Below the pieces are notes generated by a model. The model was not told where the DNA came from. It saw nothing but the letters and a program-made list of their open reading frames with translations, and searched no databases. Source: an uncultured bacterium (GTDB lineage: Bacteria > Oederibacteriota > JAAXVQ01 > JAUVAV01). From it: a stretch of 64,000 nucleotides of DNA. Below, piece by piece: positions 26,101-34,399 of the stretch. Each line of letters opens with the position of its first letter. The first letter of the stretch is position 1. The stretch spans positions 352,001 through 416,000 of the forward strand of contig CAVQBK010000003.1 of the NCBI GenBank assembly GCA_963710755.1, in the 5' to 3' direction. A program made the position numbers and the translations under genes.

Positions 26101-29029
26101 AATCTTCCGTTTACCCAACCTAGCTATCTCCGAGATAAACTTTAATGACCATGAAGTTAAAAGAGGTCTTTTTAATACGGTCCGTCCTATCACTTATCAT
26201 GGTAAACGCTGTGCTTTGATAATGAGCCGTTTTTTTGATCTCAATGAAGACCTACCTGGATCGGATCGCGATACCCTGAAAGAACTCTTTAATATTGGCA
26301 GTCCTGCAGAAGCAAATGAATTGCTGGAATTAAAGCTAAAGCACATGACGCAAGTGCAAAAAGAACCCACTTTAAACGTTCATGACAAGCCCGGCCTTTT
26401 GGCCCTGGTCCACAATCAACAAGGTAAACTTATTGGCTACCTCAGCGAGTGGGTAGAAGGGGCTTCTTTGGAAGACCTGATTAAAACCGGACTTATTAGC
26501 GGCGCGGTCTTTGAAAAAACAATTGTAGAAGCCGAGGAGACCTTGGCGCATCTTCATAAACAAGGTCTCCTCCATGGTGATCCCACCATTAGCAATTGGA
26601 TGGTGCAGTTACAGGATCAGGAAGAAACAGAAGGTCGCTTTGTGGATTTGGGCCCCAACCTGCCAGGATGGACTATGGCCCAGGACAACAATATATTTAA
26701 AGATGATGTTTTGACTGGGCGCGGGGAACTATTATTTTTAGAGTTAGCTAGTCGTGCCGTAGCAGGCTGGCTGGAAAGTCTTAGTAGTGCCATGCTTTTA
26801 GCCAAACCTGAGGAACAACGCAAGTTGAGAGACCATCAACAAACCCTGTTGGCCACACTGCAAGAAAACGGGCTGAGCATGGACAATATTCTTAAAGTCT
26901 ACGCCTGGATTGGTGATTATAAGGACCAAGCACGCGATCAGAGTGGCCAGCATGGGCAGGCTCTAACCGATATTCCCGCATTTAAGGCGAAGTTTGAGGA
27001 AAAAGTTGAGCCGGTTCTGACGGCTCTTGAACAATTTCGAGAGCTGCTTTATGACCTACGGCAGCAACCCTTGACCTTCGGTTTATCACCTGTCGATGAG
27101 GTGGCCAAAGCCATGGCTGCAACTAAAGAAAAGCAGACGCCATCAGCCCCTGGCGCCATGATGGGCTGGTTGAAAACCCTGTATGTGAATAAGAAAATAA
27201 GCGCAGCCCATAAACAAAATAAATTTAGTCGTGAGAAGCAAGCGACTTTGAAGGACCATTACGAGCGGCACTATCAAGCCTGGGGCGCAGTGGTCTTAGA
27301 AATGCTACCGTTGGGATTAACGGCTGTATCGATTTTAGGAGCTGCGCTGATCGCTTGGATGACTGGTTTTTTACATCCTACCGCAGGATTATCTGATCTG
27401 CTGCGGTTGGTGCATGCCCTGACCTGGCTTAGCTTTCCTCTCTGGCATTTGGTCCCGGCGGATCATCGCGGCTGGCAAGCCTTGCGTCAAGGTCAATTTA
27501 AAAAAACATTTAAGCTTTTAACCAAGGCGGACAAAATGAATGCCGTCGTGGCCACTTTTTTCGCAGCAGCCATGGCTTTGCTCAGCTTTTCTTCAATGTC
27601 ATTATGGCTGATAGTCATTCTGGGGCAAGTATTCCATGAGATCATTAATCTGATCGGGTTTGTAATCAGATATGGCCCGTCCGGATTTAATACCCCAGGG
27701 CTCAAGAAGGGAATTAAATCTATTTTACAAACGGTTAAAAAAGGTTTTACCTGGCCGGGACGTTTATGGGCCAGCTTTTATGACCATGCTATTTTTTATC
27801 CATTAGAGTTCCGTCAGGTTAATAAAAATCAACCATCAGCGCAAGAGAAACAGCAACGCTGGCGTAACCTAACATCCTGGCACTTTTTCGTTTTGGCAGC
27901 TGTGCTGGTAATTTTGATGGTATTACGCAGCCAAAGCCATGCAGCAATAATGTCCCTATTTGATAACACCAAGATTTTTCAAGGGAGTTCAGGTTTGCTT
28001 TTCCCCCTACTGTTGGAGACCCTGGGCCTGGTGCGGGTAGCCCATCCCGAAACAGAACCAAAAGTGGTACTGGATAAATCTAAAGGCAACCTTAGCAGTA
28101 TCCCAGAAAGACAGGAGAACCGCAGCCGCTTATATGGCCGCTCGCGCAGCCGTCCGGCCTGGGAACCATTGCAACTCATTCGTTGGCCCCGCGTTATTTA
28201 CTTAGGCCTGCTCTGGGGGTTATTCCAGGTGGTTAATCGTGTCGTCGGACCATCTCGGCGATTAGGAGATAAGGCTTGGCCGCAACAGCGCTGGAATGAT
28301 CTACTCAGACAGTACTTTCCTGCCAATAGCCAGGAATCCGTTTACTTTAATCCGCTTCAGGTCAGGCGCGGAGCGTACACAGGACGAGGAGTGGATGATT
28401 TTTTGGGACAATACAGTACCACAGCAGAAGGAGAAGCCGAGCTAAATCTTCATCCTCAATTGGCGGCTGTGGTGCTTGCTTCGCCCCGCAATGACCGCTT
28501 AGGCCGTTTCCAACAACAACTGGGCCGCACGCTGGTACGCCAGCTGCTTTATTATCGCAGTGCTCAATTTTACGGCCAAACCTTGAGTCAACAGTGGCAA
28601 CAAGCGTGGCAGAATAAGGGCAGCTTCTTTAAACGCTATCAGGGCTGGCATTGGTTGGCAGGGTTTAACAATCCATCACTTCTTGAAGCCTATGGCATTG
28701 TCCTGCGATTACGCGGGATTGGATCACAAGCGTACTTTTACGAACAGTTATGTGATGTTTTGGAACAATCCATGGCCAGAGAAAAAAGCCCAGAGGACTT
28801 GGCCTCACTTGCCACGCTTTTGATAGCATTAGACTCACATGGGCCGGCGATTTATCAAATTTCTGATGTCCACAGCCAAACGGTTATCAGGGTACCGGCC
28901 GTGCTTTATAAGCAACGAAAGGACTTGGTTAGGCGTTTGCAAAACCTATTAAAGACTTGGCCATTAACGGAAACTCAAAAAAGAAAGCGCCACCGACGGC
29001 CCCAGGTGACTATCCATCAAGCAGCCTAA
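23114..29029 (+). CDS. Giant (1971 aa) multi-pass membrane protein with conserved exported N-terminal module and an internal protein-kinase-like domain
   Basis: Single ORF. Signal peptide ending AWA. Motifs IEDLHCHAEVQ, VGLEG, GRLSGAE, TGGFHT. Several TM clusters. Kinase-like segment around 26150-26750 (SEWVEGASL, LHKQGLLHGDPTISNWMV, RFVDLG). Confidence 0.85.
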   Translation: MTIRTLFKHQALRLLVTILQLCLLAPDYAWALHPGQFRARPNEFIFHGKAMIIPSQFGRIQSQALATRPKGLVLHIEDLHCHAEVQQNIASLLNYLQVHTRLSLVGLEGASGPVPTDKLKTFPLAQIRSQLGVYLMRQGRLSGAELFATLSSNHIELMGMEDQTSYDRSYQLALSFLDEETAGSLWDLRALFNDLKPRIYSKPLMAFDQGKEAFEQGRWPLINYLKHLKRFARAQGMKGKAFTLVNAYLKYGQSNFITSEDLHEAAYVLDRSLRNNLYINNEEKELDDKLNLLDRMEKGLSLSMTPQEWTAWQTEGNGLKQMVRFLEHHQVDVQMLLEPVAALGKKIKAVQAFYYLADERSRQLADHLTIQMKNRGLPLAVLVTGGFHTSGVKQRLINQGYSVVTIRPRITKQDLVNPYLDRLRHHYSPLEKLLAQNQKALALPPGLLQPEVKDKIDVLFKALLCYRYRHLLAEDVNLFWSQLRKMLDTYPHNNHAIQLNASGVKLLSGQVLQINLLTKIKKMFLTVGARQEQAQGREQMDITNRISVTYWDKEPAEASPGYRAGENNRRRRFHHAKTKVLTVARGLMIATMSWWSQTVWGNPSGYRKIVALEDVVFSQEMLTILVILWVAFAGFWAVVGVVHWIIKIIKNGKKQKNAQPPEAFYPGVTLSQKLDNYYEHQIHSKLDKNQIDLYALYLLSLDHTKSTTQNMIFREFLNRENGLDYMIFKKEAIIEAAQQLARSTDYPKEKIMAIPKTISNAIDGIKNQYQVVPKALAKLVQYHLPGLIDLSAFLSGLAVKQQLKFKNGQLEAWQDYGLAQHKAGVVNTPAGPLVSFQFPFDEETHTGKSERFFQGALISLLLLSMAMVTGLFTPTLPSGMVSLVSRHLPLWLGIKVLNLFVLVPQLMLAGVAAGLLLFILHMWGQYALFLRSGPSAPWIIMSSSLLQGMALGLGSFSTSRTRQPGVGNKKHLFWGNLHQLGLIESIRKMAKKINQRIFRLPNLAISEINFNDHEVKRGLFNTVRPITYHGKRCALIMSRFFDLNEDLPGSDRDTLKELFNIGSPAEANELLELKLKHMTQVQKEPTLNVHDKPGLLALVHNQQGKLIGYLSEWVEGASLEDLIKTGLISGAVFEKTIVEAEETLAHLHKQGLLHGDPTISNWMVQLQDQEETEGRFVDLGPNLPGWTMAQDNNIFKDDVLTGRGELLFLELASRAVAGWLESLSSAMLLAKPEEQRKLRDHQQTLLATLQENGLSMDNILKVYAWIGDYKDQARDQSGQHGQALTDIPAFKAKFEEKVEPVLTALEQFRELLYDLRQQPLTFGLSPVDEVAKAMAATKEKQTPSAPGAMMGWLKTLYVNKKISAAHKQNKFSREKQATLKDHYERHYQAWGAVVLEMLPLGLTAVSILGAALIAWMTGFLHPTAGLSDLLRLVHALTWLSFPLWHLVPADHRGWQALRQGQFKKTFKLLTKADKMNAVVATFFAAAMALLSFSSMSLWLIVILGQVFHEIINLIGFVIRYGPSGFNTPGLKKGIKSILQTVKKGFTWPGRLWASFYDHAIFYPLEFRQVNKNQPSAQEKQQRWRNLTSWHFFVLAAVLVILMVLRSQSHAAIMSLFDNTKIFQGSSGLLFPLLLETLGLVRVAHPETEPKVVLDKSKGNLSSIPERQENRSRLYGRSRSRPAWEPLQLIRWPRVIYLGLLWGLFQVVNRVVGPSRRLGDKAWPQQRWNDLLRQYFPANSQESVYFNPLQVRRGAYTGRGVDDFLGQYSTTAEGEAELNLHPQLAAVVLASPRNDRLGRFQQQLGRTLVRQLLYYRSAQFYGQTLSQQWQQAWQNKGSFFKRYQGWHWLAGFNNPSLLEAYGIVLRLRGIGSQAYFYEQLCDVLEQSMAREKSPEDLASLATLLIALDSHGPAIYQISDVHSQTVIRVPAVLYKQRKDLVRRLQNLLKTWPLTETQKRKRHRRPQVTIHQAA

Positions 29030-29096
29030 AACAGGAAGTTTTATTAAATCAGTGAGGTTGGCTCCAAGGTCGGGTTAACAAGGGCCGCAAGCGATT

Positions 29097-29131
29097 AAAG
29101 AGCAGGCGCAAGAAAGAGCGCCTGCTCTTTT
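29097..29131. terminator. Bidirectional intrinsic terminator
   Basis: aaagagcaggcgc / gcgcctgctcttt between convergent genes. Confidence 0.8.
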
Positions 29132-29160
29132 GGATTTAAACACGAGTTGTCCGCGAGTGA

Positions 29161-29415
29161 TTATTCAGCTGGAGCCGTTTCTTCCACTTTCTTAACTTCC
29201 TTTACTTTTTTAACTTTTTTCTTGGTCCCTTTTTTATGTTTTTTAACTTTTTTCTTGGTTTTCTTTTCTACCTTTATCTTTTCTTTTTTAGCGGGCGCAG
29301 CTGCAGTGGTTTGATCAGCAGCAGCGGCAGCTTCTTCTTCAGCCACCGCATAGGCAGCCAAAGACATGCCAAACATTATAGCCAATACGAGTGCTAGAAA
29401 CTTTTTCATGTGCAT
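29161..29415 (-). CDS. Small exported Lys-rich protein
   Basis: RBS AAGGAGA, MHMKKFLALVLAIMFGMSLAAYAVA signal peptide, then KKEKIKVEKKTKKKVKKHKKG. Confidence 0.75.
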   Translation of the reverse strand: MHMKKFLALVLAIMFGMSLAAYAVAEEEAAAAADQTTAAAPAKKEKIKVEKKTKKKVKKHKKGTKKKVKKVKEVKKVEETAPAE

Positions 29416-29781
29416 GGTCTCCTTAAGACGAGTTTTGCCGGCCCATATATTAAAAGCAATTGCCGCGCCAATCCAGACATGACCTTTTTTTTTATATAAA
29501 CACTTAATAAACAATCCTTTTTTTAAGAGGGTACTATAAACCGGTTCCACTCAAGTTCAAGTTATGTGACCATTTGCCGCAAGCCAAGCAAAAATGCCAC
29601 AACATCATTGTCTTGGCAGAATATCTGTCCTGCAAAAAGAGGAGGCCACGGGAGTCATGGAATCACCGCAAAGGAAAGGTGTGTGGTGGCTTAACAAAAG
29701 ATGCTGGCTTTTGGCCGTACTGGTTAGGTTATCAGGTTGAGGATGGTCCCAACTGTAAACCAACCGGGAGCATAACTTTTT

Positions 29782-30684
29782 TTAACGTACGGAATCACGG
29801 CCCAGGAGCATGTCCCCAAGGATGGACAAATAGTCTCCAAGGGAGATGACTACCGACCCTTCGGGCAGAGGCAGCCGGCCTGGGAAGGGGCGGCCATAAA
29901 TCCTGGTTTGGGTATGATGCAAGACGTGTTCCTGAGCATCATGATGGGTCATCCATAAAAAGAGTTTTTCCAGCCAGGTGTGGGCGCGCAGGTTTCTGGT
30001 TTTGATATTGCGCTGTTGCCAGTCACCTTCCACATAAAGGTTGCCGTGTTCTACCAGCTGGGAGTGGTGAAGCAGCATGGAGCCAAGGCCATAAGTCAAC
30101 GCATAAGGAATGAGGATTTGTACCACCGTGGCCTGAAAGAGGAAATGGCTAAGCAGACCCAAGCTGGTGAAGATTACTGCGGTCACCAGCACTGTAAGCA
30201 AGGTCTGACTCAACCGGAATTTGGCTGCATAGCGGGGATGGCGGGGAATGGCGATGAGGGACATGAGCAACACAAAGCCCACCCCCAAGGTGATTTCCAG
30301 AAATTGATAAACCATGCGGCCAAAGCGGTTATTGATTCTACCGAGCGGATGGAATTCCCGGTCATCATAAGTATTGACCTCGGCATGATGATGGCCATGG
30401 AGCAGACGGTAAATCTGGGGATCAGTAAGCAGCAGATAAGCGAAGATTTGGTAGAAAAAAAGATTAGGCACGTTGGGCACATACTTATGCCAGGCTTCGT
30501 GCATCAAATAGCCCATCCAGGTAAAAAAATAAAGTCCAGGAAAAAGGACCAACCCCAAGCTGGGCCAACCCCAGGCAGCATAAGCCCCGGGTAGGAGCAG
30601 TAAATATAAACACCAGCCCGTCAACACCAGATAATAATTGCGGGCCTGGCGCTGAATTTCTTCAGAAGTAATGGTCTCCATCAT
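29782..30684 (-). CDS. Membrane fatty acid desaturase family protein
   Basis: Three His boxes HEAWH, HGHHH, HVLHH plus TM segments. Confidence 0.85.
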   Translation of the reverse strand: MMETITSEEIQRQARNYYLVLTGWCLYLLLLPGAYAAWGWPSLGLVLFPGLYFFTWMGYLMHEAWHKYVPNVPNLFFYQIFAYLLLTDPQIYRLLHGHHHAEVNTYDDREFHPLGRINNRFGRMVYQFLEITLGVGFVLLMSLIAIPRHPRYAAKFRLSQTLLTVLVTAVIFTSLGLLSHFLFQATVVQILIPYALTYGLGSMLLHHSQLVEHGNLYVEGDWQQRNIKTRNLRAHTWLEKLFLWMTHHDAQEHVLHHTQTRIYGRPFPGRLPLPEGSVVISLGDYLSILGDMLLGRDSVR

Positions 30685-30878
30685 TCACCTGCTTAACTTG
30701 GACGGTTACGATCTGAATTACAGCATGAAATTGATTTCGTCAAGCGTTAAATCCATAGGCCGGACCTGATGAAGCCCTGGCGTATGGTTTGAATAATAAG
30801 TATTATAATTAAACTTAATTCCATCCACCAGGTCTAAGTAGCGTAAGCACTGGGAAGCAGGATCGAGGAGGTGAAGCT

Positions 30879-31304
30879 ATGAGCACTTCTCAATTGTTCG
30901 TTAATCTGCCGGTCAAGAATCTGGAAAAATCTAAACTATTTTTTTCAAAATTGGGGTACAGTTTTAATGACCAATTTACCGACGAAAATGCGGCTTGTAT
31001 GGTTCTAGGTGGCGACAATTTTATTATGTTGCTGTCTGAAGAATTTTTCCAAAGCTTTACCAATAAATCCATTGCCAATGCCCACACCACCACCGAAGTC
31101 ATTGTCACCGTCAGTTTGCCTACTAAGGAGAGTGTTAATGACTTGGTGGGTAAAGCCATGCAAGCGGGCGGTACTACCAGTAAGCCGCCTATGGACCAGG
31201 GCTGGATGTATGGCTGGGGATTTCAGGATATGGACGGTCATTTGTGGGAAGCCGTCTATATGGATCCAACAGCCTTGGCCAAAACACCGGCGAAGGCAGG
31301 TTAA
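30879..31304 (+). CDS. VOC/glyoxalase family protein
   Basis: LFVNLPVKNLEKS..FF..LG, FTDENAACM, MYGWGFQDMDGHLWE. Confidence 0.9.
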   Translation: MSTSQLFVNLPVKNLEKSKLFFSKLGYSFNDQFTDENAACMVLGGDNFIMLLSEEFFQSFTNKSIANAHTTTEVIVTVSLPTKESVNDLVGKAMQAGGTTSKPPMDQGWMYGWGFQDMDGHLWEAVYMDPTALAKTPAKAG

Positions 31305-31340
31305 AAAGCCTACAGGCCCCAAGGAAGGGACTGCTTAACA

Positions 31341-32075
31341 TCAAAGGTGCAGCTGGTCAATTTTATTGAGCATGGCCTGGTAATGACTGCCTTGCCAGTA
31401 GACATGACCGCATTGGCGGCATTGAAAGAAGTGATGCTGCTGTGAGCGGATGCGCGGCGGCACCAGGGGGTGGACCAGAGAGGGTTTGACCATGGAGATA
31501 AGACCATTACACTTTAGGCAGCGGGTAAAGGGGCGCAGGCACCGGGTCAAGTGGTAGCGCCTGGCCACAGCTCGCACTTGTTGAATAGGAGCGGTGGTGC
31601 GCAAACAGTAGCCCAGGCGCACCTGATGGTATTTGAGAATGCCGCGATCACGAGTGAGGATAATGCGCTGTTGTTCCACAGCCAGAGTTACGATATCTTT
31701 GTCCGGAAATTGAGCCCGGTAAAGACAATCAAATCCAAGCAGGCGCAAGGTTTTGGCCAGTTTACCCAGATGGCCATCGAGTACAAACGCCGGTGAGGGA
31801 GGAATGGCAGGCCAGAGCGCCGGGTGGGGGTAGAGATTGGGTGTGAAGGGCGGATACACCTGGATGACATCATGCGGATGCAAGCGGTGGCTGAAATCAA
31901 CCCACTGCTTGTTGATCATAATACCATTAATTTCCGTATGAGGAATGCCGGCTGCTTCTACGGTATCCTTGACAGCAGGCGATCCCAGTATGGTTATGGT
32001 GAAAAAACGGTAGCGCTGCCCAGGTCGTATGAAATAATTCAAATCCCTATAAAAACGCAGGCGTACTGTGGTCAT
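31341..32075 (-). CDS. Mut7-C RNase (PIN) protein with N-terminal ubiquitin-like domain
   Basis: VKDTVEAAGIPHTE, FVLDGHLGKLAKTLRLLGFD, LTRDR, RCLKCNG, CRQCGHVYWQGSH. Confidence 0.88.
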   Translation of the reverse strand: MTTVRLRFYRDLNYFIRPGQRYRFFTITILGSPAVKDTVEAAGIPHTEINGIMINKQWVDFSHRLHPHDVIQVYPPFTPNLYPHPALWPAIPPSPAFVLDGHLGKLAKTLRLLGFDCLYRAQFPDKDIVTLAVEQQRIILTRDRGILKYHQVRLGYCLRTTAPIQQVRAVARRYHLTRCLRPFTRCLKCNGLISMVKPSLVHPLVPPRIRSQQHHFFQCRQCGHVYWQGSHYQAMLNKIDQLHL

Positions 32076-32268
32076 GATCTTTTATTATACGCTTCTTTAC
32101 CAACGGCACCAGCAGATTAGATGAGGAGACGAAATCGCTGTCCTTTAAGCTTGTCCACAGACAAGATTGCTAAAAGAAAGCGGTTGACATTATCTTTTGA
32201 AAATAATAAAAATATAAAACATCGTCAGCTCCTCCCACGCCTATATCAATTAGCCAGAAAGAAGTAAT

Positions 32269-32805
32269 ATGCGCATCAGAACTGCTGATTTAGTCTCGGT
32301 CAGACATTTTGTGGAAGAGCAGGGTTTGGAGCAGAAGGTCGCAGGTGTTCTGAATCCGGAAGAATGGGAACTTTTCAACACGGTTCAAGTCGATGATTGG
32401 ATCCCTGTTACTTTACAAGCGTCCATTTATACCAAGATCGCCCAATTGGCCTACCCGGAAGATCATGAACCCATCTACAAGCTCCATCTGGTGGTGGCGG
32501 AAAAATGTTATTCTTCTATTTATAAAATTCTACTCAAGATCAAGAAACTTGACGATATGCTCGATCATGGTCCGGAAATTTGGTCCTACCACTATGAACA
32601 AGGCGAGCCCGAAGTGAAACGCATCAGCCCGAACGAAGTGGACTTTCTGGTTAAAAATTATCCGGCCTTGCCCATAGAAAGCATTGAAGTGACCAGGGCC
32701 CATATTCATATTCTTATTGCCGCTACCGGCAAAAAAGAGATTACCGTAAAGCCTGATACCAGCAATCCCCAATGTTGGCGCTGGCAAGTGCAATGGCAAA
32801 AGTGA
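32269..32805 (+). CDS. DUF2378/TIGR02265-like (V4R/H-NOX-like) protein
   Basis: ~180 aa, pattern W.P...Y.IL....IWS.HYEQG...W.WQVQW. Paralog of 50911-51462. Family assigned by resemblance only. Confidence 0.55.
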   Translation: MRIRTADLVSVRHFVEEQGLEQKVAGVLNPEEWELFNTVQVDDWIPVTLQASIYTKIAQLAYPEDHEPIYKLHLVVAEKCYSSIYKILLKIKKLDDMLDHGPEIWSYHYEQGEPEVKRISPNEVDFLVKNYPALPIESIEVTRAHIHILIAATGKKEITVKPDTSNPQCWRWQVQWQK

Positions 32806-32855
32806 ATCCTGCGGTTATTTCCTGAGGGATCATTCTTTAAGTACAAAAACGCCGG

Positions 32856-33107
32856 TCATTTTTTCTGATCTTTGTTCATTTCCTTCAAATAGTCCAAATA
32901 TTTATCCACAAAAACACCTGGTCGCATGGCCAGGGCGGAACACAATTTTTCCAGCATAGACAATTCCAGCTTGCTCACGCCGTTATTCCAGCGAATCAAT
33001 TGTTGGTAAGGGATACCCGTGCGGTTATGTATCTCATATACCGACAATCCGAAAATTTTATGCAACAATTTTTGGCCGCTAATCAGATTTTGATTTGACA
33101 TGATCAT
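32856..33107 (-). CDS. XRE/Cro-like HTH regulator
   Basis: GLSVYEIHNRTGIPYQQLIRWNNG...LEKLCSAL. Divergent from the ECF sigma gene. Confidence 0.75.
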   Translation of the reverse strand: MIMSNQNLISGQKLLHKIFGLSVYEIHNRTGIPYQQLIRWNNGVSKLELSMLEKLCSALAMRPGVFVDKYLDYLKEMNKDQKK

Positions 33108-33116
33108 CCTTCGATA

Positions 33117-33149
33117 GTATACTCCAAAGTATATTATTGTTGAGTATAC
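33117..33149. promoter_or_regulatory. Inverted repeat, candidate operator between the XRE and ECF sigma genes
   Basis: gtatactc(33117)...gagtatac(33142) in the 89-bp divergent intergenic region. TATAAT at about 33160. Confidence 0.5.
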
Positions 33150-33196
33150 AACTGTAGGCTATAATAAATCAAAAGAGTGAGGATGACAAGGACAAA

Positions 33197-33889
33197 ATGA
33201 AAGCACCCCAACCCCCCCTTAAATTTAAGCCAGCCAACCCGGGCGCGGCCGGCCAAGGCGTCACCTTAACCCGTCCCAAGGCTGCAGCTCAGGCGGCAAC
33301 TCTGGCCAGGGCGGCCCATTATCAGGCTTTGCCGGAGGAAGAACTTGTCCGGCGTTGTCAGCAACAGGATCTGCATGCCTTTGAAGAATTGATACAGCGT
33401 TATGAAAAACTGGTGCTTAATCTCGTCAACCGCTTTTTACGTCATTCCTCCAATGTGGTGGATGAAGCTCAAGAAGTGTTTATCAAGGTTTTGACCAAGG
33501 TGGGCATGTTCCGTCAGGAAGCCCGCTTCAGTACCTGGCTTTATCGCCTGACAGTAAACCACTGTATGACCGTGATCCGCAAAAATAAACAACGCGTAAC
33601 CTGGATCGAGGCTACAGCTGAGCGCCGAGATCAGGAACCAGTGTCTCCAACGGCAGCACCTGATGCCAATTATATGGAGCATGTGCAAAAACGTCAATTA
33701 TGGCAAGCCATGGACCGGTTACCTGATGACCAGAAGCAGATTTTGATCTTTTATTATTATCAGAACTTAAAATACAGGGAAATCAGCGAACTGATGGGTT
33801 TGTCGGAAGGCACGGTTTGCTCACGGCTCTACCGCGCCCGCAGTTCCCTGCGCAAACATCTGAAACGTCGCTATCTTTCCCTTTCTTAA
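33197..33889 (+). CDS. ECF-family RNA polymerase sigma factor
   Basis: AFEELIQRY, DEAQEVFIK, FSTWLYRLTVN (region 2); YREISELMGLSEGTVCSRLYRAR (region 4). Confidence 0.93.
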   Translation: MKAPQPPLKFKPANPGAAGQGVTLTRPKAAAQAATLARAAHYQALPEEELVRRCQQQDLHAFEELIQRYEKLVLNLVNRFLRHSSNVVDEAQEVFIKVLTKVGMFRQEARFSTWLYRLTVNHCMTVIRKNKQRVTWIEATAERRDQEPVSPTAAPDANYMEHVQKRQLWQAMDRLPDDQKQILIFYYYQNLKYREISELMGLSEGTVCSRLYRARSSLRKHLKRRYLSLS

Positions 33890-33916
33890 CACCTTCTAGC
33901 AAATCCTCCGCATTCG

Positions 33917-34235
33917 CAGGGCAGCCGCAGGCGTCCTTATCAGAATAATATTTAACCGGTCAGGGCAGCCGCAGGCGTCCTTATCAGAATAATATTTAAC
34001 CGGTCAGGGCAGCCGCAGGCGTCCTTATCAGAATAATATTTAACCGGTCAGGGCAGCCGCAGGCGTCCTTATCAGAATAATATTTAACCGGTCAGGGCAG
34101 CCGCAGGCGTCCTTATCAGAATAATATTTAACCGGTCAGGGCAGCCGCAGGCGTCCTTATCAGAATAATATTTAACCGGTCAGGGCAGCCGCAGGCGTCC
34201 TTATCAGAATAATATTTAACCGGTCAGGGCAGCCG
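33917..34235 (+). repeat. Perfect 44-bp tandem repeat, 7 full copies plus an 11-bp partial
   Basis: Unit cagggcagccgcaggcgtccttatcagaataatatttaaccggt starts at 33917, 33961, 34005, 34049, 34093, 34137 and 34181. Partial cagggcagccg at 34225. No spacers. Confidence 0.97.
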
Positions 34236-34260
34236 GGTAATTTAATCGTTTTTCGCCAAC

Positions 34261-34282
34261 AAGAGCAGCAGTGCTCTTTTTT
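34261..34282 (+). terminator. Weak intrinsic terminator after the repeat array
   Basis: aagagca-gcag-tgctctt followed by T-tract. Confidence 0.5.
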
Positions 34283-34284
34283 AA

Positions 34285-34311
34285 GGTAACCTTTATTTGC
34301 CTCCAAACGTA
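34285..34311 (+). promoter_or_regulatory. ECF-type promoter upstream of the DUF4139 gene
   Basis: GGTAAC-17 bp-CGTA, matching the general ECF AAC-N16/17-CGT pattern. Confidence 0.45.
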
Positions 34312-34399
34312 TTATTAGCAACGGGCTAGCCTGGTTTTAAATTTGGCCGTTAAGGCCGATACTAAGGGCTAGCATCAGTTACTTATCTGGAGGTTTTCC

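Noticed and set aside
33917-34235. CRISPR array
   Set aside because: Units are contiguous and identical with no unique spacers, and no cas genes are in the window.
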